In this document: in pieces, positions 36,088 through 44,557 of the stretch
Layout of the letters: each line of letters starts with the position of its first letter
How positions within the stretch are numbered: the first letter of the stretch is position 1
From: an uncultured Mycoplasmatota bacterium
Lineage (GTDB): Bacteria > Bacillota_I > Bacilli_A > RF39 > UBA660
Assembly: GCA_900554615.1 (NCBI GenBank)
Contig: USIB01000002.1
Coordinates: 1 to 44,557 of the forward strand
Reading direction: 5' to 3'
Length of the DNA stretch: 44,557 nt
The notes under the pieces: generated by a model
The model's database searches: none
What the model was told of the DNA's origin: nothing
Seen by the model: only the letters and a program-made list of their open reading frames with translations
Position numbers and translations under genes: made by a program

Positions 36088-36161
36088 TGGTGCCAAATGT
36101 AAGAATCGAACTTACCTCTAGGCATTACGAGGGCCTTGTTCTACCACTAAACTAATTTGGC
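36088..36161 (-). tRNA. tRNA-Thr (anticodon CGT)
   Basis: Hand-folded: acceptor GCCAAAT/ATTTGGC, D arm GTTT-AGTGGTA-GAAC, anticodon loop CTCGTAA, T arm GTAAG-TTCGATT-CTTAC, discriminator A, encoded CCA. Confidence 0.85.
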
Positions 36162-36212
36162 AAATGTTTCTATATAATTATATCACAAAAATACAATTAT
36201 ATAGATATTTTT

Positions 36213-39200
36213 TTATAATTTCTCTAATTTATTATTAATAATAGAATATAAATATATATATGTAGGTTTACCAAATACTTTTTCAATATAATCTTTATAA
36301 CCATTTAATTGTTTAATATAAGCATCATCATTAATATTTTTAAGTTTATAATCAATGATTTTAATATAATCATCATATTCAAGTATTAGGTCAATTATAC
36401 CATGATATGTGATATTATCTTTTTCATAAATAAATTCATACTCTTTATATGTATTAGCAGACCCTATTTCCACTTTATCTAAAAACTTAATAATAATATC
36501 TTTATCTTTGTCTTTTAGATTATCTATATTATGAAAATCTGTAAGTTCAAATAGTTCGTGTACTTTCCTACCATACTCTAGTTTTTCTTCTTCTTCCTTA
36601 GTAATTAAATGAATATTCTTTTTAGAAAAAGATTTATCTTCTTCTAGTTCTGTTTTAATATCAATATCTTTAACTTCTAGAATAGAATTATTTCTATTAA
36701 TCTCTTTAGTATAATTACCATTCTTAATCATATTATAATTTTTTGATAAATTAATATTATTAATATCAATACTTTTATAATATGGTTTAGTTATACTTTC
36801 AAGAGAATACATAATACTAGCAAAATTATTGTATTTATCACGAATACTGTCATCAATAATGTCATTAATATAATAGTTATTATCTTTGTTATTAGAAGGA
36901 AGAACAAATATCATTTTCTCTTTGGCTCTAGTTAATGCTACATATAATAGTCTTATTCTTTCACTAATATTTTCTTTAATATAATTTTTATAACTTAAAT
37001 TATGATAAATAGTGTTATAGAAGAAATTATCTTTATATGGAATTATAATACCATATTCTTCATCATAAGTATATTTACTAGTAGCGTCACTAATATTAAA
37101 CTTACTATATAATATTCCGAAGTAGCAGATATTAAACTCTAGTCCTTTAGAAGCATGTATAGTCATAATTTTGACAGAGTCTTCTGCGGTATCTCCTTCT
37201 TGATATTCTATTTTTAAATTATTACTAATAATATCTTCAAGATACTTTTGATAATCATAAATAGAATAATTTAAATTAGAAAGATTGCTAGTAATTTCTT
37301 TTAATTTTTCTATTCTAAGTACATTAGAGGAGTAATCTCCTAGTACAAACAATCTATTATATATATCATAAGAATCTATAATTATATCTATAATTTCATC
37401 TAGAGATAAATAGTCTAATTTATCAGCAATACTTTTTGATACTTTATAAATATCACTATCTATGTAATTATTATTTACAAAGTAATTGAATAATGTATTA
37501 TCATCAATGCAAAAGATGAAACTTCTACCTAGAGATAAGAATAAGTGTTTAAACTCATTATCAATAGAATTATTTTTAATTTTGATAATAAAACTAACTA
37601 TATTTTTAATAATAGTAATTATCTCTCCATCTATTAAATTAACTGCTCTTACGATAGAAGTAGGAATATCATTATATTCTAATATTCTTTTATATAGTTC
37701 AAAGTTTTTACTACCATCAAGTAAGATAGCAAAATCACTATATTTAATTTTTCTAATACCATTAGTGTCTTTTCCAAAAGCAAGATAACCACTTTCTACT
37801 TTATCTTTTATATCTTTAGCAATAATAAAGGCTTCGACTTCATTATTCTTATAACTAGTTTCATTATTATATGAATATACTTCAAAGTTATTATTCTCCT
37901 TGTTATCCCCCTCCCCTTTATACATTAGATTACCATATACCATTTGATGAGATGTTTTATAATCAGCACCACCTAAGTAGTCATCCATAAGAGGATTAAA
38001 CATAAGATTTATATTATTAATAACCTCTTCTCTACTTCGAAAGTTTTTATTTAAATCAATTTTTATTCCACCAATATTTTTGCTGTAGGAGTCATATTTA
38101 TTCTTAAAAATATAAGGATTGGCATTTCTAAAACGATATATAGATTGTTTTATATCACCAACCATATAGACATTATTATTAGAAATATAAGAAATAAACT
38201 CTTCTTGTACATCATTAGTATCTTGATATTCATCGATTAATATTTCATTTAGATTATTCTTTATTTCATCTCTTATTTCGATATTTTCTTTTACTAATTT
38301 AATGGCTAAATTAGAAATATCTGAATATTCATAACTATTATATTTACTCTTATATTCATATACTCTTTTATCTAATTCTTTTATAATATCAATGATAGTT
38401 TTAACATAATCTTTTGTCTTATAAATACTTTCTTTAATAGAAATACTATTTTTATAGATAGTAAGGTCTTTAATATTCTTTATACAAGAACTAATTTTTT
38501 CTTTATATTCTTTAGTTATATCAGATACTCCTTTGGCTTGTGGAAGTTTAATACTAGTAATATTTTCTTTTATCTCATCATAAGTAGTAGAGTCTATTAA
38601 TAAGGATAAGGCTTTATACATCTTATCTAGATAATCACTATCATCTATATATTCTAGATATTCTCTAATTTTATCTATAATTTTTAGAATATATTTGGTA
38701 TATAAAGATATATCATTATCTATTTTTTCATCATTAAATGTATTATTAATATAATTATCTAAGTAAGAAGATTTATTTGTTTTTAAATCTAACTTATTAT
38801 TAATACTTAAAATAAAATCAAATATTTCGTTATCATCTTTTAATGAATAAGTAGAAATAAGGGATAGAAAGTCTTTATCTTCTTTTTCATAGTATTCATT
38901 AAAAATATCTGTAAGTACTTTTCTTTTATAGAGAGTAATAACAGAGGCTTCGATTATACCAATATCTCTACTTACATTTAAATAATAGTGATATTTTTTT
39001 ACTAGTGATAAAGCATAGGCATCAAATGTTGTTATATCAGCAGTATCTAACTTAGATAATTCGTGAGTTAATCCAGCCTTTTTTAGTTTGTCTCCTATTC
39101 TCTCACGCATTTCTTTAGCAGCCATCTTTGTAAAGGTTAGAATAAGAAGATTATCTACTGATACTCCATTCTTTACTTTTTCTAATACTCTTTCTGTTAG

Positions 39201-39293
39201 AACGGCAGTTTTACCTGAGCCTGCTCCTGCTGAGACTATAATATTAGTTCCTTCCGTATAGATAGCCTTTTCTTGTTCTTTTGTCCAAGCCAT
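36213..39293 (-). CDS. addA: ATP-dependent helicase/nuclease subunit A
   Basis: 1026 aa. Walker A GAGSGKT, UvrD motifs (DEYQDTN, KQSIYRFR), C-terminal nuclease GIIDLI...IIDYK. Confidence 0.9.
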   Translation of the reverse strand: MAWTKEQEKAIYTEGTNIIVSAGAGSGKTAVLTERVLEKVKNGVSVDNLLILTFTKMAAKEMRERIGDKLKKAGLTHELSKLDTADITTFDAYALSLVKKYHYYLNVSRDIGIIEASVITLYKRKVLTDIFNEYYEKEDKDFLSLISTYSLKDDNEIFDFILSINNKLDLKTNKSSYLDNYINNTFNDEKIDNDISLYTKYILKIIDKIREYLEYIDDSDYLDKMYKALSLLIDSTTYDEIKENITSIKLPQAKGVSDITKEYKEKISSCIKNIKDLTIYKNSISIKESIYKTKDYVKTIIDIIKELDKRVYEYKSKYNSYEYSDISNLAIKLVKENIEIRDEIKNNLNEILIDEYQDTNDVQEEFISYISNNNVYMVGDIKQSIYRFRNANPYIFKNKYDSYSKNIGGIKIDLNKNFRSREEVINNINLMFNPLMDDYLGGADYKTSHQMVYGNLMYKGEGDNKENNNFEVYSYNNETSYKNNEVEAFIIAKDIKDKVESGYLAFGKDTNGIRKIKYSDFAILLDGSKNFELYKRILEYNDIPTSIVRAVNLIDGEIITIIKNIVSFIIKIKNNSIDNEFKHLFLSLGRSFIFCIDDNTLFNYFVNNNYIDSDIYKVSKSIADKLDYLSLDEIIDIIIDSYDIYNRLFVLGDYSSNVLRIEKLKEITSNLSNLNYSIYDYQKYLEDIISNNLKIEYQEGDTAEDSVKIMTIHASKGLEFNICYFGILYSKFNISDATSKYTYDEEYGIIIPYKDNFFYNTIYHNLSYKNYIKENISERIRLLYVALTRAKEKMIFVLPSNNKDNNYYINDIIDDSIRDKYNNFASIMYSLESITKPYYKSIDINNINLSKNYNMIKNGNYTKEINRNNSILEVKDIDIKTELEEDKSFSKKNIHLITKEEEEKLEYGRKVHELFELTDFHNIDNLKDKDKDIIIKFLDKVEIGSANTYKEYEFIYEKDNITYHGIIDLILEYDDYIKIIDYKLKNINDDAYIKQLNGYKDYIEKVFGKPTYIYLYSIINNKLEKL

Positions 39294-39295
39294 AA

Positions 39296-39604
39296 TTATC
39301 TGCCTCTTTTCTTACCTTTATCTTCATCTATAAGTTCCTTGATAGAATCTTCATCTATATATAGCCCTTTTTCTACCCTTTTATATGGCATAAATAAAGA
39401 GTCTGCTATTCTCATTTCTTCTTCATATTTTTCCTTAGTTATATTCTTAGTTAAAATTGGCTCTACCATATGTATTAAGAAATCATTTACTGTAATAAAC
39501 ATATCTCTATCATCAGAATAAACTACTGATTCATTATGTTTAACTAATTTATCTCCATCATATATATCTACAAAATATAACTCATCATATTTATACTTCA
39601 TCAT
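39296..39604 (-). CDS. 102-aa hypothetical protein wedged between addB and addA
   Basis: SD GGAAAGGAAG sits 3 nt before ATGATG at 39604. It overlaps the addB stop by 14 nt and ends 2 nt before the addA ATG. Confidence 0.55.
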   Translation of the reverse strand: MMKYKYDELYFVDIYDGDKLVKHNESVVYSDDRDMFITVNDFLIHMVEPILTKNITKEKYEEEMRIADSLFMPYKRVEKGLYIDEDSIKELIDEDKGKKRGR

Positions 39605-41876
39605 TATCTTCCTTTCCATTAATATATACTTTATTTTCTTCTCTTAAGTAGCAGATATCTCTATATTTACAAAAACCACAACTAACATTTTTTCCATCTA
39701 TTATCTTAGGATTAATATCAAAGTCAGATTTTAATATATCATCAATAACATTATCTATTATCTTATCAGTATCAGAAATAATATTATTTATCTCTTCTCT
39801 ACTAAGAACTTTAGCAGTCTTATAAAAACCATTGTTACTAGTTTTTATAGTTTTAATTAGTTTAGAATCATTATAAGTAGTATCAAACTTAGATAGAATA
39901 TTCTCTTCATTAATAGAGTATCCTTCTAATCTAAGATTCTTTTCTCTTTCTTCTTCATAATTCTTAGTATTATCTAGTTTTCTATCAAATAATTTTTGGA
40001 GATAAAAGCCTACTACTTCTATATTAGATAAATTCATTTTACTAGATAAATATAAATATATAGGTAGTTGAAGGCCTAGTCCATACTTCATATTTTTTAA
40101 GTCAATAGTAGGATTACCTGTCTTATAATCAATAATAGATAAATAAGTAGTATTATCTTCTTCTTTATACATAACTTTATCAATAACACCTTTAAAAGTA
40201 ACCTTGATATTTCTATCTTTATTTACACATACACTCTTCTCAGTCATATGTTTATCAAAAGTAGAATAAGAATGTTCTTTTTTTACAATATCACAAATTG
40301 AACGTAGTTCTTCTTTAATATTATTTAAAATATATTCTTCTTTCTTAGTTAAAGTTCTGGCACTACTTAAATATTCATCAAAGTATTTGTCAGAAGAAAA
40401 CTCTTCCTCATATATATGAGATAATACATAATGACATACATTACCGAGTAATATCTTAAAATCATCTTCTATTACACTAATCTTTAGAATATTATCAATA
40501 TAATATTTAAACTTACATTCATTGTAATGTTCTAGTGATGTATATGAAAGAACTAAATTATTATTTAAATATCTATATAACTTCTCTTTTTCAATAGGAG
40601 TATATTTATTATCATACTTCATATAAGGTATACTATAATTATTATATAAAATATCTAAGTCTTTATCTTTAATATTATATTTAACTAAGTTATCTAGTTT
40701 TTCTGCTAGTAGGATTTTATTCATCATATTAGAATTATTATAACTAATCTTGTTATTTTTAATTATATTAACATCTAATAATAAATCACTTCTAGTATAA
40801 GCAGTAGTATTATCATTTAATTTATAACTAATAGTTAGATTATTGATATTACCAAGTCTTTTTATTACTTCTATTTTCTTATTTATATTTAATTTATTAC
40901 TTGTATCTAATTCGAGTATTTCTTTTTCTTTATCACTAAAGTAATCACTATCTGTATGTAACATAGGAATATTTTCTTTATTAAAGCCAAGTAAGAATAC
41001 ATAGTCATCTTCTTCAAAATAGTCTTCTATATTACATATTTTAATACCAGTAATATTGTTATCGAAGTAAGTATTTTTAAAATCATTAGTAATTAGTTCT
41101 ATTACTTCTTTTTTATCTTTTATAAAACTATAGTTATTTAGAACTTTGACTATTTTTTCTTTTAACTCTATATTATTTATACTATCTATAATGTTATCTA
41201 TATCATCTAAGTTATTTAAAACTTTCTTTACTTCATTAGTAGAATATATACTTCTTTTCTTTATAGATATAGGAATATTATATATTTTAAATATTCTATA
41301 TATTTCTTCATTATATTCGTTTGATATAATTAATTTTATCTTCTTTATATCTATGTTATTTTTTATTAAATTAGATATAGAATCTGCTAGATAAAGAACT
41401 TCTTCTTTAGTATTATTAAATTCATATATATTATCTATTTTATTATTCTTATATTTATAATCTACTACTGTATAATCTAAACCTTTTAATATACTTTGAT
41501 AATATTTATTTATGTAATCATATCCATATATATATATCTTTTTATCTTTTACATAGTTTTTAAATCTATAATCATATATTAATAAATTATTATTATCTAA
41601 ATGCTCTTTTATTTCTTTTAATAATTTCATTTTTTTGTTATCTAATTTATCACTTATATAATATAAATTATTTAAGTATACTAAAGCACTACTTAGATTA
41701 ATATTATACTTTTTCATTAAGTTATATATTGTTTTATTATCATAATTAAAAGTATATTTCTTTATGAAGTCTTCTAGTGATATAAACTTTATATTATAAT
41801 TATAATATTCTTTTCTTACTTTCTCTATTATTTTATTTTTTATGTTATTTGGTATTATTAATATATATTCTTGCAT
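39591..41876 (-). CDS. addB: Helicase-nuclease subunit B (RexB-like, no Walker A)
   Basis: 761 aa. C-terminal PD-(D/E)xK nuclease GVIDKV...IIDYKTG, plus a four-Cys cluster (NECKF ... CGFCKYRDIC). No GxxxxGK[ST] is found anywhere. Confidence 0.85.
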   Translation of the reverse strand: MQEYILIIPNNIKNKIIEKVRKEYYNYNIKFISLEDFIKKYTFNYDNKTIYNLMKKYNINLSSALVYLNNLYYISDKLDNKKMKLLKEIKEHLDNNNLLIYDYRFKNYVKDKKIYIYGYDYINKYYQSILKGLDYTVVDYKYKNNKIDNIYEFNNTKEEVLYLADSISNLIKNNIDIKKIKLIISNEYNEEIYRIFKIYNIPISIKKRSIYSTNEVKKVLNNLDDIDNIIDSINNIELKEKIVKVLNNYSFIKDKKEVIELITNDFKNTYFDNNITGIKICNIEDYFEEDDYVFLLGFNKENIPMLHTDSDYFSDKEKEILELDTSNKLNINKKIEVIKRLGNINNLTISYKLNDNTTAYTRSDLLLDVNIIKNNKISYNNSNMMNKILLAEKLDNLVKYNIKDKDLDILYNNYSIPYMKYDNKYTPIEKEKLYRYLNNNLVLSYTSLEHYNECKFKYYIDNILKISVIEDDFKILLGNVCHYVLSHIYEEEFSSDKYFDEYLSSARTLTKKEEYILNNIKEELRSICDIVKKEHSYSTFDKHMTEKSVCVNKDRNIKVTFKGVIDKVMYKEEDNTTYLSIIDYKTGNPTIDLKNMKYGLGLQLPIYLYLSSKMNLSNIEVVGFYLQKLFDRKLDNTKNYEEEREKNLRLEGYSINEENILSKFDTTYNDSKLIKTIKTSNNGFYKTAKVLSREEINNIISDTDKIIDNVIDDILKSDFDINPKIIDGKNVSCGFCKYRDICYLREENKVYINGKEDNDEV

Positions 41877-41951
41877 TTATAAATCACCTATATTAATTAT
41901 CTCATATTTATAGAAAAATATAAAGTATAATTATTAAATATTTTTTTATTC

Positions 41952-41995
41952 TTTGTGTATTATATTCGGGGTGTAGACTTTCTAACTTAGAGATA
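41952..41995 (-). promoter_or_regulatory. 44-nt conserved upstream module, copy 2 (upstream of addB)
   Basis: Same module as 25985-26028, in the same orientation and at about the same distance (75-80 nt) from the downstream ATG. Confidence 0.6.
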
Positions 41996-42000
41996 GATAA

Positions 42001-42029
42001 GTAAAAAGAAGATAGTCTAGTATCTTCTT
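42001..42029 (-). terminator. Intrinsic terminator
   Basis: AAGAAGATA-gtctag-TATCTTCTT, followed on the minus strand by TTTAC, giving a T5 run. Confidence 0.6.
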
Positions 42030-42312
42030 AATTAATAATACACATATTCAGTAGTCAAAGCACTTTTATTTCCTACAGCATCTATACAAGCACCTTCATA
42101 AAATTTAACCTTTACACCAACACTAGTTCTTTATTAGGATATAATCTAAATTTATATGCTTTATACACAATAGCACCAACTTGCATATGAATGATAACAT
42201 ATGGTTAAATTATTTTCATTACAATTTCATACATAAGTTTGCTAAAAATGCATATTTTTTATGCAACGAGTAAGTAAATAATACTGGTTAAAAAAGATAG
42301 TTCTATTATATT

Positions 42313-42342
42313 AAAAGGTAAGTCATATTTGACTTACCTTTT
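42313..42342 (-). terminator. Intrinsic terminator of the surface-protein gene
   Basis: AAAAGGTAAGTC-atattt-GACTTACCTTTT, a 12-bp stem abutting the stop codon. Confidence 0.75.
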
Positions 42343-44354
42343 TATGATACTATTTGGTAAGGATTTGAACTGCTTCCATTTCCAGTAGTATTTATACTAA
42401 CTGATGTGTTTAAATATAATGTTGGTACTATATTATATTCATACCACGATACTATTTCTGTGCCAACACTGCCATTACCTGTTACATACCATGCAAAATA
42501 TACTTCTTTGGTGCTATGGCCCATTATTCTGGCATTTGATTTTCCTGATGATAGGATTGGATATAGCCAATTATTGCTTGTGCAATAAGTATCACTATAA
42601 TTTGGTAATGTCATTTTAGTACAATGTTTGCGAAGACCTAATGATCCGATAGCATTACTAATTTCTGCTGCATATCCATAATCACTTGAGTATATTAAGG
42701 CAACTTTCCCAGTCCAAGTAGTGGCACGACCAGTATATACTTTTCCTGTTGTTCTTTCTAGATTATATGCTGCTGAAGGTAACATATCAATGTCGTCTCC
42801 ACTTCTTAAATACCAAGTCATGTCAGGTATTAAAGTTCTTGTTTTTTCTTTTAATCCTATACTAGACATATCACAAGTTTTTGTTGCATTAATAGCGGTA
42901 CTACCAGAATAGCAAGTACCACTTTTTCTATTCCAATATAATCCATCACCTGTTCCTGCTGTTCCACTTACTGGATTTAACATTTTCATAAGTCTAGCAT
43001 TAACCCAGTTGCTATTACCTCTAGTGACACTATTATCTAAAGAATACTTTCCAATTGGTTCGTTTCTTACTAGTTTTACTTTACCATCAGTTACTCCTAT
43101 TATTCTCCACTTCTCACAATTAGTACTTGGATAAGTATCACAGTTAAAATATATATAATTATTTGGACTTGCTCCATAATATCTTATATTATTACCTACA
43201 TCTTTCATTAAATTATGTGTAGTATCATATTGATATTTTTGACCTGTTGGCCCTACTTCTGTCTTAGTGGCATTATTATATAAGTTAGTTATATATGTTG
43301 CAAGTGGTGTACCTGTACTTATTGTATTAGTTAAACTAGTAGCGACATTTGTGTTTCCTGCACTATCTTTAGCGGCTCCTGCAGTGACTGTTACTGTTTT
43401 AGAACCATCGGAAGCATGTGTTACTACTAGAGTATATTTTGTGTCACTTACTTTCGTGAATGTTCCTTTTGTTCCTTCACTTACTGTTATTCCACTAGCG
43501 GTAAAGCCTGATACTGCTTCACTAAATGTAAATGTATATGTTACAGTTCTCGATGTTGATGTACTTTTTGTTATTGTAACAGTTGGTTTTATAGTATCTA
43601 TTGTATTAGTTAGACTCTTTGCTGTGTTATTATTTCCTGATAAGTCATTACATACATTTTCTTCGACTGTTATTGTTTTTGCTCCATCTGATGAGTGTGT
43701 TACTACTAGAGTATATTTTGTGTCACTTACTTTCGTAAATGTTCCTTTTGTTCCTTCACTTACTGTTATATCACTTGATGTAAAATTACTTACTTTTTTA
43801 CTAAAGGTAAAGGTATATGTTACTGTTCTTGATGTTGATGTACTTTTAGTTATTGTAAGTGTTGGCTTTTCTGTATCTATATTTGTATCATTTACTAAAG
43901 TCATATTTTCAGATTTTATTATATATCCAGTACTTGATAATACTCCTAATGTTACTTTAGTTTTAACAATAGAATTATTTTTTATCTGAATATATATTTT
44001 TTTATTAGTATTAGTTTCTATACTTCCAGTAGGAGATTCTCCATCACTAAACTTATGAGTAACACCTACATCAATATCACTATTGTCAGTAATATAAAAA
44101 GAAGAATAATTAAGACCACTAGAAGTAATATTATTAATATTAATAACAATTACTCTAAAATCATTAGCTTCAATAAAAATATCAGTAGTATCAATAACCT
44201 CTTCTTCACAAGTTAAAGTAGTATTAATAGTTATTGGATTATCTATCTCAATACTAGTAGTAAACATAGCATAAGTAGAACCTATTCCTAGTCCTAATAA
44301 TCCTATTGTTATTATTCCAATTAAATATAATGTTTTTAATTTTATCTTTTTCAT
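42342..44354 (-). CDS. Secreted/surface protein: SipW-type signal peptide, two Ig-like repeats, C-terminal Cys-containing domain
   Basis: 670 aa from the ATG at 44354 (SD GGAGGT). The signal ends GIGSTYAMFTTS, like the TasA/camelysin-class SipW signals. There are two 93-aa repeats. The C-terminal part has a WRIIGVTDGKVKLV-type motif. Confidence 0.8.
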   Translation of the reverse strand: MKKIKLKTLYLIGIITIGLLGLGIGSTYAMFTTSIEIDNPITINTTLTCEEEVIDTTDIFIEANDFRVIVININNITSSGLNYSSFYITDNSDIDVGVTHKFSDGESPTGSIETNTNKKIYIQIKNNSIVKTKVTLGVLSSTGYIIKSENMTLVNDTNIDTEKPTLTITKSTSTSRTVTYTFTFSKKVSNFTSSDITVSEGTKGTFTKVSDTKYTLVVTHSSDGAKTITVEENVCNDLSGNNNTAKSLTNTIDTIKPTVTITKSTSTSRTVTYTFTFSEAVSGFTASGITVSEGTKGTFTKVSDTKYTLVVTHASDGSKTVTVTAGAAKDSAGNTNVATSLTNTISTGTPLATYITNLYNNATKTEVGPTGQKYQYDTTHNLMKDVGNNIRYYGASPNNYIYFNCDTYPSTNCEKWRIIGVTDGKVKLVRNEPIGKYSLDNSVTRGNSNWVNARLMKMLNPVSGTAGTGDGLYWNRKSGTCYSGSTAINATKTCDMSSIGLKEKTRTLIPDMTWYLRSGDDIDMLPSAAYNLERTTGKVYTGRATTWTGKVALIYSSDYGYAAEISNAIGSLGLRKHCTKMTLPNYSDTYCTSNNWLYPILSSGKSNARIMGHSTKEVYFAWYVTGNGSVGTEIVSWYEYNIVPTLYLNTSVSINTTGNGSSSNPYQIVS
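43317..43874 (-). repeat. Two tandem 279-bp coding repeats (Ig-like domains)
   Basis: 43596-43874 and 43317-43595. Long identical runs occur at a 279-nt offset, for example GTGTCACTTACTTTCGT at 43441 and 43720. Confidence 0.9.
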
Positions 44355-44475
44355 ATCTTCTACCTCCAACAGAAAAAGACTATGAAAAATCCCTAGTATT
44401 TCTACTAGTTATTTCATAGTCTTTATTATTTATTAAATTACTTATAAAGCCTTTACTTATAAGTCTTGAAAACAT

Positions 44476-44484
44476 CCCCCCCCC
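44476..44484. repeat. C9 (G9 on the coding strand) homopolymer in the leader/promoter region of the surface-protein gene
   Basis: It is the only G/C run longer than 5 nt that I saw in the window. It lies about 120-130 nt upstream of the ATG at 44354. Confidence 0.9.
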
Positions 44485-44557
44485 TAGAACAGATTCTTGT
44501 TCGGATGTTATTATATTCTTGGGACAGCATTATGCGGGGGTTTCTACAAATCTTAAC

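Noticed and set aside
42032-42130. A 31-codon start-less minus-strand frame (RTSVGVKVKFYEGACIDAVGNKSALTTEYVYY*) followed by its own terminator.
   Set aside because: It may be a gene relic, but it has no start, no SD and no diagnostic motif. I mention it only under the pilin finding.

Overview
This is a very AT-rich chromosomal segment (about one quarter G+C by eye) from a spore-forming Bacillota-type bacterium, transcribed almost entirely on the minus strand.

**Core genes recognised by motif:** ynbB-like PLP enzyme, SDR reductase, tRNA-His, yqeY, rpsU, a PBP2-type transpeptidase, nfo, rsmD, smpB, two tandem RNase R paralogs, secG, proS, yqfC/yqfD sporulation genes, a CotY/CotZ-like cysteine-rich protein, tRNA-Thr and addB(rexB)/addA.

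**Accessory content:**
1. A bacteriocin locus whose peptide genes are absent from the ORF track. It has two double-glycine-leader peptides, a C39-peptidase ABC exporter, a 141-aa accessory protein and a 47-aa acidic CxCC peptide.
2. An Abi_2 (AbiD/F-like) abortive-infection gene flanked by 39-bp direct repeats, apparently nested in a decayed ORF6N gene.
3. A KilA-N gene bracketed by a perfect 41-bp duplicated promoter.
4. Two tandem paralogs with a conserved Cys/His motif.
5. A small gene wedged between addB and addA.
6. A SipW-signal surface protein with two 279-bp tandem Ig-like repeats and a structured, G9-containing leader.

**Most unusual signal:** a dense family of tandem double hairpins (7 loci, 14 stems). 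The stem sequences differ between copies, but every stem keeps the same GAC...GGC apex with one fixed mismatch.

Everything was read by eye. Coordinates were hand-counted and no database search was run.
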